A stretch of DNA of 64,000 nucleotides from the human T2T-CHM13v2.0 reference genome, Homo sapiens: NCBI RefSeq assembly GCF_009914755.1, contig NC_060945.1. The stretch is one strand, 5' to 3'. The notes under the pieces were generated by a model. That model worked only from the letters and a program-made list of their open reading frames with translations. It had not been told where the DNA came from and did no database searches. Positions 19,649 through 36,025 of this stretch are shown piece by piece. Position numbers and translations under genes: made by a program. The stretch's first letter is position 1. The number at the start of each line of letters is the position of its first letter.

Positions 19649-20288
19649 GTATTTCCCACTGGGAACACTCTTCTTATGGCCTCCTTCTCCCCCTGAGCAA
19701 AACTCAGAACCGTATTGCTGGGGATGGGGGCAGTGGCCCACTTCTCTGAGAGTGATATTCTATAGGGCACTGGGCAGAGGCAGTAGCCTTTGGTCTTCCT
19801 CTCCCAGCATGTAACTTTCACCCTCCAGGAAAGCTACAGTGAGAGCAACTGGGGCCCCAGTATTCTGGGCCTGCCAGGACTGAGTGGAACCCCTGCCTGG
19901 GAGTGGGGTCTGGGTGGAGGCAGGGAGCCCATGACTCCTCCACTGCACTCACCTGGATTTAGCCTCTGCCACATCCAGCAGAGGGGTGGGAAGGTGACGT
20001 GCTGGTGGCCTGCCCCTCCCAGGAGGTGCAAAAGCCCTTGACTGGGAGCTGGGGAAAGAGAGCACCCTTTTGCTTGGCCACATGCACCAGAGTGGATAGT
20101 GACGTTTCCATGGAGCTAAGCTGGGGAAGGAAGGAGATGATGAGCAGGTCATGGCTCAAGTGCCATGACTCTTGCTGCTTTGACCGAAATGTCGTAGGTT
20201 TTCCGGAATAAATGTTTCTTTATTTCCTGAATGTCCTTTGGATAATTTCCAGACTCTAAATGGTTGGTTGTTGTTGGTTTTAAAATAA

Positions 20289-20736
<448 letters not shown>

Positions 20737-21420
20737 TGACTTTTGTACCACATTTCTTCTTCCTGCTAGAGTTGAGTCACATTAGATCTTGAATAGACAG
20801 AACTTGAAACCAGGACTGGAACCGCTATAAGCAGCAGTGATTAAGCAAGTGTCATCTTGGCCCTACATAGATCAGAGATCAGAAAATTTGGCATATTTAC
20901 ACTATATATAGGCACAGGGGAGAAAAAAGAAGAAAGAATTGAGACCATGAATCTTTGGAAAGGTACTCATAGAATAAAAGTGGCAGCATTAAATACATTC
21001 CTTTTATTTTGGGGCAGTGAGGGAAGCTTTTCCAAGTTCTTACTGAAGCCTTGATTTTTACTTTCATTTTCATGTAGTACATATTCAAGTACTTACCATT
21101 TGCCTGGCACTAGAGCATACTTTTCTTTTTTTTTTTTCCTTGAGACAGAGTCTTGCTCTGTTGCCCAGGCTGGAGTGCAATGGCATGATCTTGGCCTCTG
21201 CCTCCTGAATTCAAGCGATTCCCCTGCCTCAGCTTCCCTGGTAGCTGGGACTACAGATGTGCGCCCTCACACCTGGCTAATTTTTGTATTTTTAGTAGAG
21301 ACGGGGTTTTACCATATTGGCCACGCTGGTCTCAAACTCCTGACTTCAAGTGATCCTCCCACCTCAGCCTCCCAAAGTGCCTTACAGGCGTGAGCCACCG
21401 CACCCGGCCAAGAGCATACT

Positions 21421-21658
21421 TTTTTTATTGACATGTAATAATTGTATATATATATGGGTACAATTTGATATTCTGACACATTTATACATTGTATGATGAT
21501 CAAATCATGGTAATTAGCATACCCATCACCTTAAGCATTTATCATTTCTTTGTTGTGAAAACATTCAGAACCCTCTCTTCTAGCAATTTGAAATACACAA
21601 TGCATTATTGTTAGCAGTAGTCACCCTACTGTGCAGTAGAGTACCAAGATTTATTCCT
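21421..21658 (-). mobile_element. Old L1 (L1MA/MB-type) 3' end fragment
   Basis: taattagcatacccatcacc..atcatttctttgttgtgaaaacattcagaa resembles an antisense L1MA 3' UTR. Confidence 0.7.
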
Positions 21659-22030
21659 TGGAGCACACTTTTATGTACTGTACAGTTCTTGAGAGTTGAG
21701 GACAGCGGCAGCTAGTGCCTGTCCCTGTTGCAGATGCTGGAACTAGAGACACAGCAACCTTACCCATAGCCAGGACGTGCCCCCAATTCTCAGACTCCAG
21801 ACAGGGCTGTTGTCTGATCTTTCAGCCTTTTTTTAATCCTGCGGGAACAGCTCACATACCAGAGTTCCTGCTTCCCACAGTGCAAACAAGAAAAGGTCAG
21901 ATAGCCCAAGGGTGCCCTGACCTTTCTTATCAGGTAGTGTTGGCAGATTTCAGATAACTAAGACAACACCCAGAACAGAGGAGTAGAGTAAGGTTTAAAC
22001 ATGTGAAGGAAGGCCCGGCTCGGTGGCTCA

Positions 22031-22345
<315 letters not shown>

Positions 22346-23835
22346 TCAACTCTCAAAAACCTTGCAAAAAAATTTTTTAAACCTTCCGGAAGGGAGTCTC
22401 TTGCATATATATTTGCCATAGTGACAGCAAGGAAGTCGGGGGGGGGGCGGTCTACGTAGTCAAAAAGTTATATATCAGAATTCAATTGTAATGTGATTGT
22501 TGGAAATCACTTTCCCTTAGAGAAAAAGTAACAAAATAATGGTTAGGAGTTTGAGCCAGTCAGTGGTTAACTTGATCTATGCAGAGAAAGACGGTTTTGT
22601 TGAGTAGAAATAAATGGGCCAAAGAAGTTATTTGATCTAAGTTATGCCTAAAATACTCCAGTCTATGAGATATAAACTTCATATAGTCTATGAAGTATAA
22701 GAATGTCTTTAGAAATTTAGAAATTTCCCTCCCGGAAGTGGGGACCAGCCCTCCTTCTGGGTCTCACCCTTGTTGGGGCAGGCACACTGGCTCCTGCTCC
22801 CTGCCACTTGGCAAGGGGCTGTAGCCCTTTGCAGACCATGCATGTTTAATGAGCTCAGTTCAGGGCTGGGAAGATGGAGGACACGATTTGGGGGTATAAT
22901 AGTGTTTTGAAAGTGAGGCAGGCACCTGCCACAGCGTTGTGCAGGGAAAAGGGAAGAGTCAAGTTAGTGGAATTAAAGCTGGTAGGCGTGGCTCTTTATC
23001 CATGCTGCGTGGTAACCAATTCGAGCAGACCCCAGAGGTGACCAAGTGCTGTGGAGCTGAACCCCAGAATGAGTGATCTTGACAACCACTGTAAATTCAC
23101 CAAACTCCCCAGAGGGTACATCTGTGCATTCCCCAGTGCCTGCTCGGCACCTGCCTGTTGAAAGAATGCTTCAACCCCTTTGGTCCAGTTTCCAGTTAAT
23201 TCTCTTTCTGAAAGTAATGTTGAGGTTGAGGCAAGAGCTGCAGTGTTCTTAGTCGGCCAGAAACCTCCAGGTTTGACCTCCTATAACATTGCCTGCTGCC
23301 CGGATGACTTTGGTGGGTTTTTCCTTTTTTTCTTTTTTCTTTTTCTTTTTCTTTTTTTTTTTTTTTTTGAGACAGAGTCTCACTCTATTGCCCAGGCTGG
23401 AGTGTAGTTGCATGATCTCAGGATCTCAGCTCACTGCAACCTCCGCCTCCTGGATTCAAGTGATTCTCCTGCCTCACCCTCCCAAGTAGCTGGGATTACA
23501 GGTGCCCGCCGCCACACCTGGCTAATTTTTGTATTTTTAGTAGAGTTGGGGTTTTGCCATGTTGACCAGGCTGGCCTTGAACTCCTGACCTCAGGTGATC
23601 TGCCCCACTTCGACCTCCCAAAGTGCTGGGATTACAGGCATGAGCCACCGCTCCCAGCCTTTGGTAGGTTTCTTGCTTTATTTGTTGGTGATTTGTCTCT
23701 GAGCATGGAGGATTCTCACATGGCAAGTATAGGTGAGATCCAGTATGTCGGGGCTGGGACTGACTGAGTGAGGATGTGAGCGGATGTTGCCTGTGTTGAC
23801 CTGGTCCCCCACCGCCTGCCTTTTCCTTGTCCCAG

Positions 23836-23988
23836 AGGGTGGCTCGTGTGCTTTGGAATCAGCTGAACAAAGAGACCCGGGAGCATCACGTCACCTGCGT
23901 AGAATTGTTCTACCGGCTGCACTGCCTGGCCCCTACGGCCAACATCTGCGAGGACATCATCTGCCATGCCCTCCTGGACCCTGACAAG
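23836..23988 (+). CDS. DOP1B: DOP1B exon, 153 nt ([10 protein letters not shown]...LLDPDK)
   Basis: ccttgtcccag acceptor, AAG|gtgagc donor, phases 0/0. Confidence 0.95.
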
Positions 23989-24437
23989 GTGAGCCTTTCT
24001 GGCCGCCACCTCCATCCTGCAGCACCCCGGCCCCTGCTGTACGTGCCCTTAGCCAACTGACATCCATTCGGTCGAAGTCTTTCTGGGGCTGAGTGGACAT
24101 CGTGATTAATAAAATAAGCAGAGGTGTTCTAGGATTTCAGTACTGGAAGGCCACTAGAAGCATGAGCCATTCTTTTTACAGCCCTGGAAATGTGGTTTGT
24201 GACCATATTGAGGCTCACCAGGGAAACCTACCCAAACTTGCTGGAAGGACTTGCAGGGCTTCTGCAGGTGTTGGCAAAATAGGCAGTTGTAGGGAATTTA
24301 TTGTCCCTTTAAGAACTTATTGAAGCAGGGCGTGGTGGCTCACACCCGTAATCCCAGCATTTTGGGAGGCTGAGGTGGGAGAAATTGAGGCCAGGAGTTC
24401 AAGACCTGCCTGGGCAACATAGTGAGATCCATCTCTA

Positions 24438-24805
<368 letters not shown>

Positions 24806-25174
24806 TTATCGTCCTGGGTCTCCTTTGCAGTCTGTTGTGTCTCCTCGTTCTTTAAGACACTTGGGCCTGACACTTGCAAGGAAGCCATGCTCCTTTGTGT
24901 TTTCCTTTGGCTGCAGACCACAGGGGTGACCCTGGACTCTAATACTGAGTTCTGAATGTGCCGCTGTGTTAAAGTGAACAATCAGAGAGAGAGGATGCAG
25001 GTTCTCCTTTTCCTTCTGGCCGAATCAGTCAAAGGAGAATGCAGCGTCTTTGCTGTGGTTGCTGTCAGTTCTGCTGAAGTCTTTGATCTATTGTTTAAAT
25101 GGGGTTTATGGTGACTGAAGACAGTGGTCAGTTACAAAACCAAGTTCCTCACTCCCATGTATCTCCTCATCAAG

Positions 25175-25275
25175 GGAACAAGGCTGGAAGCTCTGTTTAG
25201 ATTTTCCGTGATCTGGCATCTGACAAGAGAGATCCAAGGCAGTCGAGTAACATCTCACAATCGCTCCTTTGATAG
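25175..25275 (+). CDS. DOP1B: DOP1B exon, 101 nt ([19 protein letters not shown]...RSFD)
   Basis: ctcctcatcaag acceptor, AG|gtgagg donor, phases 0/2. Not in the ORF track. Confidence 0.92.
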
Positions 25276-25474
25276 GTGAGGCGGCCTTCGTTATGATCTA
25301 CCGTTAACTCACGAGGAAACTCCACAGAGGTGCCTGCCCAACGTGTGGGGCTGGGGAGGGAGAGGAGCGTGCAGTTGAAAACATGAACCCATATGACCGG
25401 GTGTGGTGGCTCACGCCTGTAATCCCAGCCCTTTGGGAAGCCGAGGCGGGCAGATCACTTGAGGCCTGGAGTTA

Positions 25475-25675
<201 letters not shown>

Positions 25676-26338
25676 TCAAACAAAGAAAAGCTGACCCCTG
25701 CACATGACCCCTCCGAGCACAGCCAGTGGTTCCCATAAACCCCTAAGTGAATTTAGGCCAGACACATGTGAACACATGTTAGGAATTTTCTTAATTTGGT
25801 TGGGATGTGAGGAATCCTGGCATGCCCCGGGATCACCTGTGCAGCTTTTACGGCATGCCCCTATGAGGGGACTTTGCAGGGAGGTCAGATGGCCTAGACC
25901 TCCCCTGGAGCAGTGACCATACTTGGTGTGTGTGCTTGTCCCATCACTGTCTCATGCTTAAGAGGTGAACTTGATTGCAGCCCATTGTATTCCACATTGT
26001 TTTTCCCGAGTGCCTCTGAAACTCTAGGTGTGAGGCCAGGCACTCGGCCTTAGAGACACCAGCTGATTCTGATGCCTGAGGCCCAGGCCCAGACTCAGAT
26101 ATATAACCCATTTGGGGTGAGGCCTGAGCATTGGGATTTTAAATGCTCCCACTGGTGATTCCAACGCGAAACCAAAGTTGAGTCCCCATTGTGCTCATCT
26201 ACTTGGGTCTGGAAGTCCAGCTTGGGTGGAGGTCCTAGGGTACCTGTGTTGGGTGACGCCCTATGCCCAGTGTCTGCCACGGTGCCTGGCGCACAGGGGT
26301 GGCTGCGAGTGAACTCACTGGTGTGTTTCCCACTGCAG

Positions 26339-26529
26339 GTCCTTGTTTGTCGTGCTGGACAGCCTGGCCTGCACGGATGGTGCCATCGGTGCGGCAGCCC
26401 AGGGCTGGCTGGTGCGTGCGCTCTCCCTCGGGGACGTGGCTCGCATCCTCGAACCCGTGCTCCTGCTGCTGCTGCAGCCAAAAACCCAGAGAACCTCCAT
26501 CCACTGCCTCAAGCAGGAGAACTCGGCCG
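26339..26529 (+). CDS. DOP1B: DOP1B exon, 191 nt (SLFVVLDSL...KQENSA)
   Basis: ccactgcag acceptor, CCG|gtgagc donor, phases 2/1. Confidence 0.95.
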
Positions 26530-26852
26530 GTGAGCAGCCTGCACAGGACCCGAGGGTGAGGGAGGAATGGGTGGGGGGACTGGACCTCAGCAGTGATAGC
26601 TGAGAGACTGAGGCCCACTAGGGGGTTTTGTTAGATGCAAATGGTACTTTGTAAATTGTGAGGACTTCGGCAATTTAAGGACCTAGTGATCTAGCATTTA
26701 GAACTATTAGGGAGTGGGTTTGCTGTTTTCACTGAAAAACCAGATTGTTTTGTTATTAAAAAAGGAAAGTTGGCCAGGCACGGTGGCTCACAACTGTAAT
26801 CCTAGCATTTTGGGAGGCTGAGGCAGGTGGATCACCTGAGGTCAGGAGTTCA

Positions 26853-27097
<245 letters not shown>

Positions 27098-27680
27098 TCA
27101 ACTACAAGGTAAGTGGTTTATTTTCTATCTGTGCTCTAAGATTCTTTTAGACTATAAAATCTTGTTAATCAGATTATCAGAAATGAAGAAGAAATAAACC
27201 TTTCAGTTCAGAGAACTTCCAGAGGCATCTTTAACACAAACATAAAAGAATATAGGTAGAAATTAGGAAAGAAAAGAAAAACTAAATAAGCCTGATGAGT
27301 CAATTAAACTTCAGTGATTAATATCTAATGCATTTTATGAACTAACATTACTTCCTACAATAGCTGTATTTAATGACTTCACAATTTTCTAAGGGATGGT
27401 TTGCAAACTTTGAGTGAGTTTGTTTAGCTTGAGGCAGAAATTTAAAAATAATAATAAGAAGAAGTACTGCATTCATTCATTCCAAGAAAAGTAACAGACA
27501 AGGCTATAAGAAGGTTGTAGTGACCTAGTCTAAGAAGTAAAAACCAAGGCCCAGAATGTGGCAAGACAAGGGTTAAAAAGTAAAGAAGGGCTGGACGGTG
27601 GCTCACCCCTGTAATCCCAGCACTTTGGGAGGCTGAGGCAGGCAGATCGTGAGGTCAAGAGATCGAGACCATCCTGGCTA

Positions 27681-27938
<258 letters not shown>

Positions 27939-27974
27939 CTAACGCTGTTCGAGAAGTTGAAACCAAAGGAATAA

Positions 27975-28212
<238 letters not shown>

Positions 28213-28633
28213 TAGCTGGGATTACAGGCATGCACCACCATGCCTGGCTAATTTTTTTTTCTTTCTTTCTTTTTTTTTTTTTTTTTTGTATTTTTAGTAG
28301 AGACAGGGTTTCACCATGTTGGTCAGGCTGGTCTCGAACTCCTGACCCCAAATGATCCTCCCGCCTCAGCCTCCTAAATTGCTGGGATTACAGGCATGAG
28401 CCACCACGCCTGGCTATCTCAATCTTATCTTACAGAGAAAAGCAACCCATTAGCTAAGTAAGCAGAGGTGTGTGAAATGGTTTCCTGTCTTTATAAGGCT
28501 CCTGGCCTAAACCTCTAACCTCTGGTTTTCCTTTAGGGGAAAAGCTGGCTGCCCTATCAAATAGGAAACATTTTATTGTTCCACATTGTAAGAAAGTAAA
28601 ACTGAAAGAAGTGTAAACAAAGAACCTTCTTAA

Positions 28634-28967
<334 letters not shown>

Positions 28968-30256
28968 TAGCCAGGTTAGGTCTCTAACTCCTGACCTCAA
29001 GTGATCCATGCGCCTCTACCTCCCAAAGCGCTGGGATTACAGGTGTGAGCCACCATGCCCAGCCTTAGTTTTGGTATTTTTAGTAGAGATGGGTGTTTCG
29101 CCATGTTGGCTAGACTGGTCTTGAACTCCTGAGCTCAAGTGTTCCACCCGCCTCAACCTTCCAAAATGCTGGGATTACAGGCATGAGCTACTACGCCTGG
29201 CCTTCCTTGGGCTTTAAAAGTTCCCCAGCACTACCTTGCTGCTTCCTCTAATCTGTGTTTCCTGCTGACCACAGAAATGGTCTGCTACCTCCGAATAGGA
29301 GAGAACATCTTTGCTCTGCCATTTTCTTTCTCTGAAAAAAATGATAAGTGTCCTGCTTACCCCACCCTATTTCTGTAATCCTGTAGAAATCTATTTTTAA
29401 AATACTGCTATGCACTTCAAGCAGCTCATCAATTTCTGATGTCTGATTCTTCTTCATTTCTTGATCTTGCTTAATGTCCATGGCATAGAGTTTTTTTAAA
29501 GCTCTTTTGTGTGCCTTTATCTTGTTTGATCATCCTAAAAACCTTATGAGAATGACAGATTTCTTCTTTTCTTTTTTTTTTTTTTTGAGATGGAGTCTCA
29601 CTCTGTGGCCCAGGCTGGAGTGCAGTGGCGCAATCTTGGTTCATTGCAACCTCTGCCTTCCAGGTTCAAGCCATTCGCCTGCCTCAGACTCCTGAGTAGC
29701 TGGCATTACAGGCACGCGCCGCCACGCCCAGCTAATTTTTGTATTTTTAGTAGAGATGGGGTTTCGCCATGTTGGCCAGACTGGTCTTGAACTCCTGGCC
29801 CCAAGTGATCCGCCCACCTCAGCCTCCCAAAGTGCTAGAATTACAGGTATGAGCTACCATGCCCGGCTCATGGCATAGATTTATTGAACACTGCTTATTT
29901 AAAATGTTTGGCAATATCAAAGACTTTTGACTCACTAATTTTTTTTTCCTTTTCTTCTTTTTTTTTTTTTTTTAAATAGGCAGTGGTCAGTGGCCTATTT
30001 GACTTCTCCTAAAAAAGACTTGAATATTTTAAAGTGTCATACGTTTTCTGATTATAGAAGTACTAACATGGTTAGTTTTAAAATGGAAATAATGAGGACA
30101 TAAAAACCTAAGTGGAAGTCCTTTGTAATGCTAGTTGATAGAACTAGGGATTGTTAATGGCTTGCAGGTAGTCTCCCAGACTTTCCTAGTGGCTGTGTAT
30201 TATACATACTCTCTCCTAACTGGGCTCATTCTACATAATACTCTTCTGCTGCTTGA

Positions 30257-30421
<165 letters not shown>

Positions 30422-30980
30422 TAGATAGCTTTTAAATTTTTTCTAGAGATGGAGTTTTTCCATGTTGCCCAGGCTGGTTTGGAACTCTTGGGATCAAGCA
30501 ATCCTCCTACCTTGGCCTTGGCCTCCCAAACAATCCTCCTACCTTGGTCTCCCACAGTATTGGGATTACAGGCATAATTCACTGTACCTGGCCTGATTTT
30601 TCCTTTCCTTTTTTTTTTTTTTTTTTTTTTTTTTGAGACAGAGTCTCACTCTGTTGCCTAGTCTGGAGTGTAGTGGCATGATTTCAGCTCACTGCAACTT
30701 CCATCTTTCAGGTTCAAGTGATTCTCCTGTCTCAGTCTCCCACGCTGGGACTATGGGCACGCACCACCACGTCCAGCTAATTTTTGTATTTTTAGTAGAT
30801 GGAGTTTCTCCATGTTGGCCAGGCTGGTCTCAAACTCCTGACCTCAGGTGATCTGCCCTCCTAGGCCTCCCAAAGTGCTGGGATTACAGGCATGAGCCAC
30901 CATGCCACCACACCCAGCCTCCAGTTTGTCTTTATACACATGTGACATTTCGGTGAATATCCACATCCTTATGGCTTTGA

Positions 30981-31228
<248 letters not shown>

Positions 31229-31637
31229 TGATCTCGAACTCCTGACCTCCGGTGATCTACCTGCCTTGGCCTCCCAATTGCTGGGATTACAGGTGTGAGC
31301 CACTGCACCCGGCCAGGAGACATTTCTTGAAAGAGAATTCCTAGGAAAAAATAATACGTATTTTTAAAAATTGCTCCCCTCCAAAAAATTAAAATACTTA
31401 AGTTTACTATAACAATGTAACTAAATGATCCCACCCTTGAACATTCTGTAAAACCTATCCACCTTCCTTTGTCTACTTTTGTCTGTAATGTAAACCGGAC
31501 TCTGGTGGTGGTGTTTCATGTGAGAATTTTAGGAATATTGATCTTTCTGTCTGGCTTTAAGACAAAGACCGCCCTACAGCTAATGTATCATAGCTGACCC
31601 TTCTGTCTAAAGTCATTTGTCATCTTGTAATTTTCAG

Positions 31638-33267
31638 ATGACTTGCACCGTTGGTTTAACAGGAAGAAAACCTCTTTCAGAGAGGCATGCGCAGTGCCCG
31701 AGCCTCAGGAGAGCGGCTCTGAAGAGCACCTGCCTCTGAGCCAGTTCACCACAGTGGACCGTGAAGCCATTTGGGCCGAAGTGGAGAAGGAGCCCGAGAA
31801 GTACCCGCTGCGAGGCGAGCTGAGCGAGGAAGAGCTGCCCTACTACGTGGAGCTTCCAGACAGGACGGCCCACGGCGCCCCGGACAGCAGCGAGCACACC
31901 GAGTCTGCAGATACAAGCTCCGGCCACACGGACAGCGAGAACACGTCCTCCTTCTCCTCCCCTTCCCACGACCTGCAGGAGCTGAGCAACGAAGAGAACT
32001 GCTGTGCACCCATCCACATGGGGGGCAGGGCGTACCCCAAGCGCTCGGCCCTGCTGGCGGCCTTCCAGTCAGAAAGCTTCAAGGCTGGGGCCAAGTTAAG
32101 CCTGGTGCGGGTGGACTCGGACAAGACGCAGGCTTCTGAGTCGTTCTCCAGCGACGAGGAGGCGGACTTGGAGCTCCAGGCCCTCACCACATCCAGGCTG
32201 CTAAAGCAGCAGCGGGAAAGGCAGGAGGCCGTCGAGGCCTTGTTCAAGCACATCCTGCTCTACCTGCAGCCCTACGACTCTCGGCGGGTCCTCTATGCCT
32301 TCTCGGTGCTGGAGGCTGTGCTCAAAACCAACCCTAAGGAATTCATCGAGGCTGTGTCCAGGACTAGCATGGATACCAGCTCCACCGCGCACCTCAACCT
32401 CATCTCCAACCTCCTCGCTCGCCACCAGGAGGCCCTCATTGGCCAGAGTTTCTACGGAAAGCTCCAGACCCAGGTCCCCAACGTGTGCCCCCACTCTCTG
32501 CTCCTGGAGCTGCTCACCTACCTCTGCCTGAGCTTCCTGCGCTCCTACTACCCTTGCTATTTGAAGGTCTCGCACCGAGACATTCTCGGCAACCGGGACG
32601 TGCAGGTCAAAAGTGTCGAGGTTTTGATCAGGATAATGATGCAGCTGGTCTCAGTGGCCAAGTCTTCGGAAGGGAAGAACGTGGAGTTCATCCACAGCTT
32701 GCTGCAGAGGTGCAAAGTTCAGGAGTTTGTCCTGCTCTCCCTGTCGGCGTCCATGTACACGAGCCAGAAGCGCTACGGGCTGGCCACCGCCCACCACGGC
32801 AGGGCCCTGCCAGAGGACAGCCTCTTTGAGGAGAGTCTCATTAACTTGGGTCAGGACCAGATCTGGAGTGAGCACCCGCTGCAGATTGAGCTGCTGAAGC
32901 TGCTGCAGGTGCTGATTGTCTTGGAACACCACCTGGGTCGGGCCCATGAGGAGGCGGAAAACCAGCCCGACCTGTCCCGGGAGTGGCAGAGAGCCCTGAA
33001 CTTCCAGCAGGCCATCAGCGCCCTGCAGTACGTGCAGCCCCACCCCCTCACCTCCCAGGGTCTTCTGGTCTCTGCGGTGGTGAGGGGTCTGCAGCCCGCC
33101 TACGGTTACGGCATGCATCCGGCCTGGGTGAGCTTGGTCACGCATTCCTTGCCCTACTTCGGAAAGTCCCTGGGCTGGACGGTGACACCCTTTGTTGTCC
33201 AGATTTGCAAAAACTTGGATGACTTGGTCAAGCAGTATGAAAGCGAATCTGTGAAGCTCTCTGTCAG
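31638..33267 (+). CDS. DOP1B: DOP1B long internal exon, 1630 nt ([10 protein letters not shown]...SVKLSV)
   Basis: attttcag acceptor, AG|gtgcgt donor, matches the 553-aa ORF 31643-33304, phases 1/2. Confidence 0.97.
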
Positions 33268-33326
33268 GTGCGTTACGCTCCTTGTGACATCTTTATTGCT
33301 TTAGTGATGGTTTTTATAACGAATGA

Positions 33327-33869
<543 letters not shown>

Positions 33870-34106
33870 TGAATCATCTTCACAGAAATTCTAAAACATT
33901 GAAACCATTTTTCCAAAGTGACTATATGAATGTAAAATCACACAAAGGATGGTTAACATTATTATAATGATATTCTATGACGAGAGCTCCAGTTTATTTG
34001 GGATGGTGATCTCTCTCTAGTTCCTGTGTTTATATATAGGATTAGAAACCCTTATGGCCTCATTCTTTAAAAATTCTCAAACCAGTTTCTCTTTTCTTCA
34101 CCACAG

Positions 34107-34218
34107 CACAACCTCCAAGAGGGAAAACATTTCTCCAGATTATCCACTCACCCTTCTAGAAGGTCTAACGACCATTAGTCATTTTTGTCTTTTGGAACAA
34201 GCCAACCAAAACAAAAAG
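34107..34218 (+). CDS. DOP1B: DOP1B exon, 112 nt ([13 protein letters not shown]...NQNKK)
   Basis: cttcaccacag acceptor, AAG|gtaaat donor, phases 2/0. Confidence 0.94.
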
Positions 34219-34342
34219 GTAAATTTTTTTTTTTTCCTGAGTTCAAGGCAATTTTCATGTATTGTTTTGTCTTTGGGCTATGACTGTTTCAAATAAGTAA
34301 CGTATGTATGTAATGTCTGTAACTAATATGCGTATGGAGGTG

Positions 34343-34493
34343 ATGCAAATGTGAATGCAAATATTACATAAGTCACGTACACACGTATGCAAATGCATGT
34401 GTGTTAGCAATGCAAGTGCCTACGCAAATGCATATGCAAATGCATGTATATAATTAACGCAAATGCATAAGTATGTATGTCAGCCATGCAAAC
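34343..34493 (+). promoter_or_regulatory. Cluster of octamer (ATGCAAAT) motifs, candidate POU-bound intronic element
   Basis: Perfect octamers at 34343, 34355, 34387 and 34434, plus four 1-mismatch copies. Function not shown. Confidence 0.35.
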
Positions 34494-34970
34494 ATAGTTT
34501 TCTTCCTGCTGGCACTCCCTGTGCCAGCCCTTGGCCCATTGTTCCATCAGTAGCCTGTGAGATAACTTATAAAGCCACTTGTTTGATTTTAGGCTTATAG
34601 TCATCTTTTTCCATGTATTTTTTACTTGCTATCATGGTGTTCATGAAATCTGAGTAGGCAGACATTTTAGCTGTTGGTTATTCTACCCTGTAGAATACCC
34701 TGGGATTAAGTCTTAGAATACATCTAACACTTTGGTTGAATGGTTGAAAAGTTTGTAATTTAGAACATCAGACTCACAGCTGTCTCTGTGAAAGAGAACC
34801 ATGGGTTGAAATGCACAGAGAAGCTTATTGCTCCCAGACCACCACATGTATGAGTTGCTTAGAAGAGAGTCCAACAGCCCAGACCTAATCCCGCTAGCAC
34901 TGCTGCCCTCGTGGGAAGAAAAACCATTCCACAGACACAGCCTGCCTCATGTATTCATTTTAATTTTTAG

Positions 34971-35159
34971 ACCATGGCTGCAGGTGATCCTGCCAACTTG
35001 AGGAATGCCAGAAATGCCATTTTGGAAGAGCTGCCTCGAACTGTTAACACCATGGCCCTTCTCTGGAATGTTCTCAGAAAGGAGGAGACTCAAAAGAGAC
35101 CTGTCGATCTCCTAGGGGCCACGAAGGGATCCTCTTCCGTTTACTTTAAAACCACCAAA
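34971..35159 (+). CDS. DOP1B: DOP1B exon, 189 nt ([10 protein letters not shown]...YFKTTK)
   Basis: aatttttag acceptor, AAA|gtaaga donor, phases 0/0. Confidence 0.94.
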
Positions 35160-35413
35160 GTAAGAGGATGTCTCTGTAGTTCTGTCATTTACTTGGTCTT
35201 GTATTGTTCCACCCAAAATAAATGTGTATAGGAAAGTGTGCATGATAAACAGATGTGCTCAATGAAACCCAAGTCAGAGATCAGAAGTAGAAATCTCTAG
35301 TTCATTTGTTATCAGTAAGTTTCCTATACCTGAAATGGAGGAGTCTGAGTGGTTTCAGCCTGTTTTCTTCTTATTTTCCATTCACCTTATTTTGTAGTTA
35401 AAAATAAAGTCTT

Positions 35414-36025
<612 letters not shown>

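Noticed and set aside
31634-33222. Several overlapping alternative-frame and antisense ORFs over the long exon
   Set aside because: Expected shadows of a GC-rich coding exon, with no recognisable protein features.
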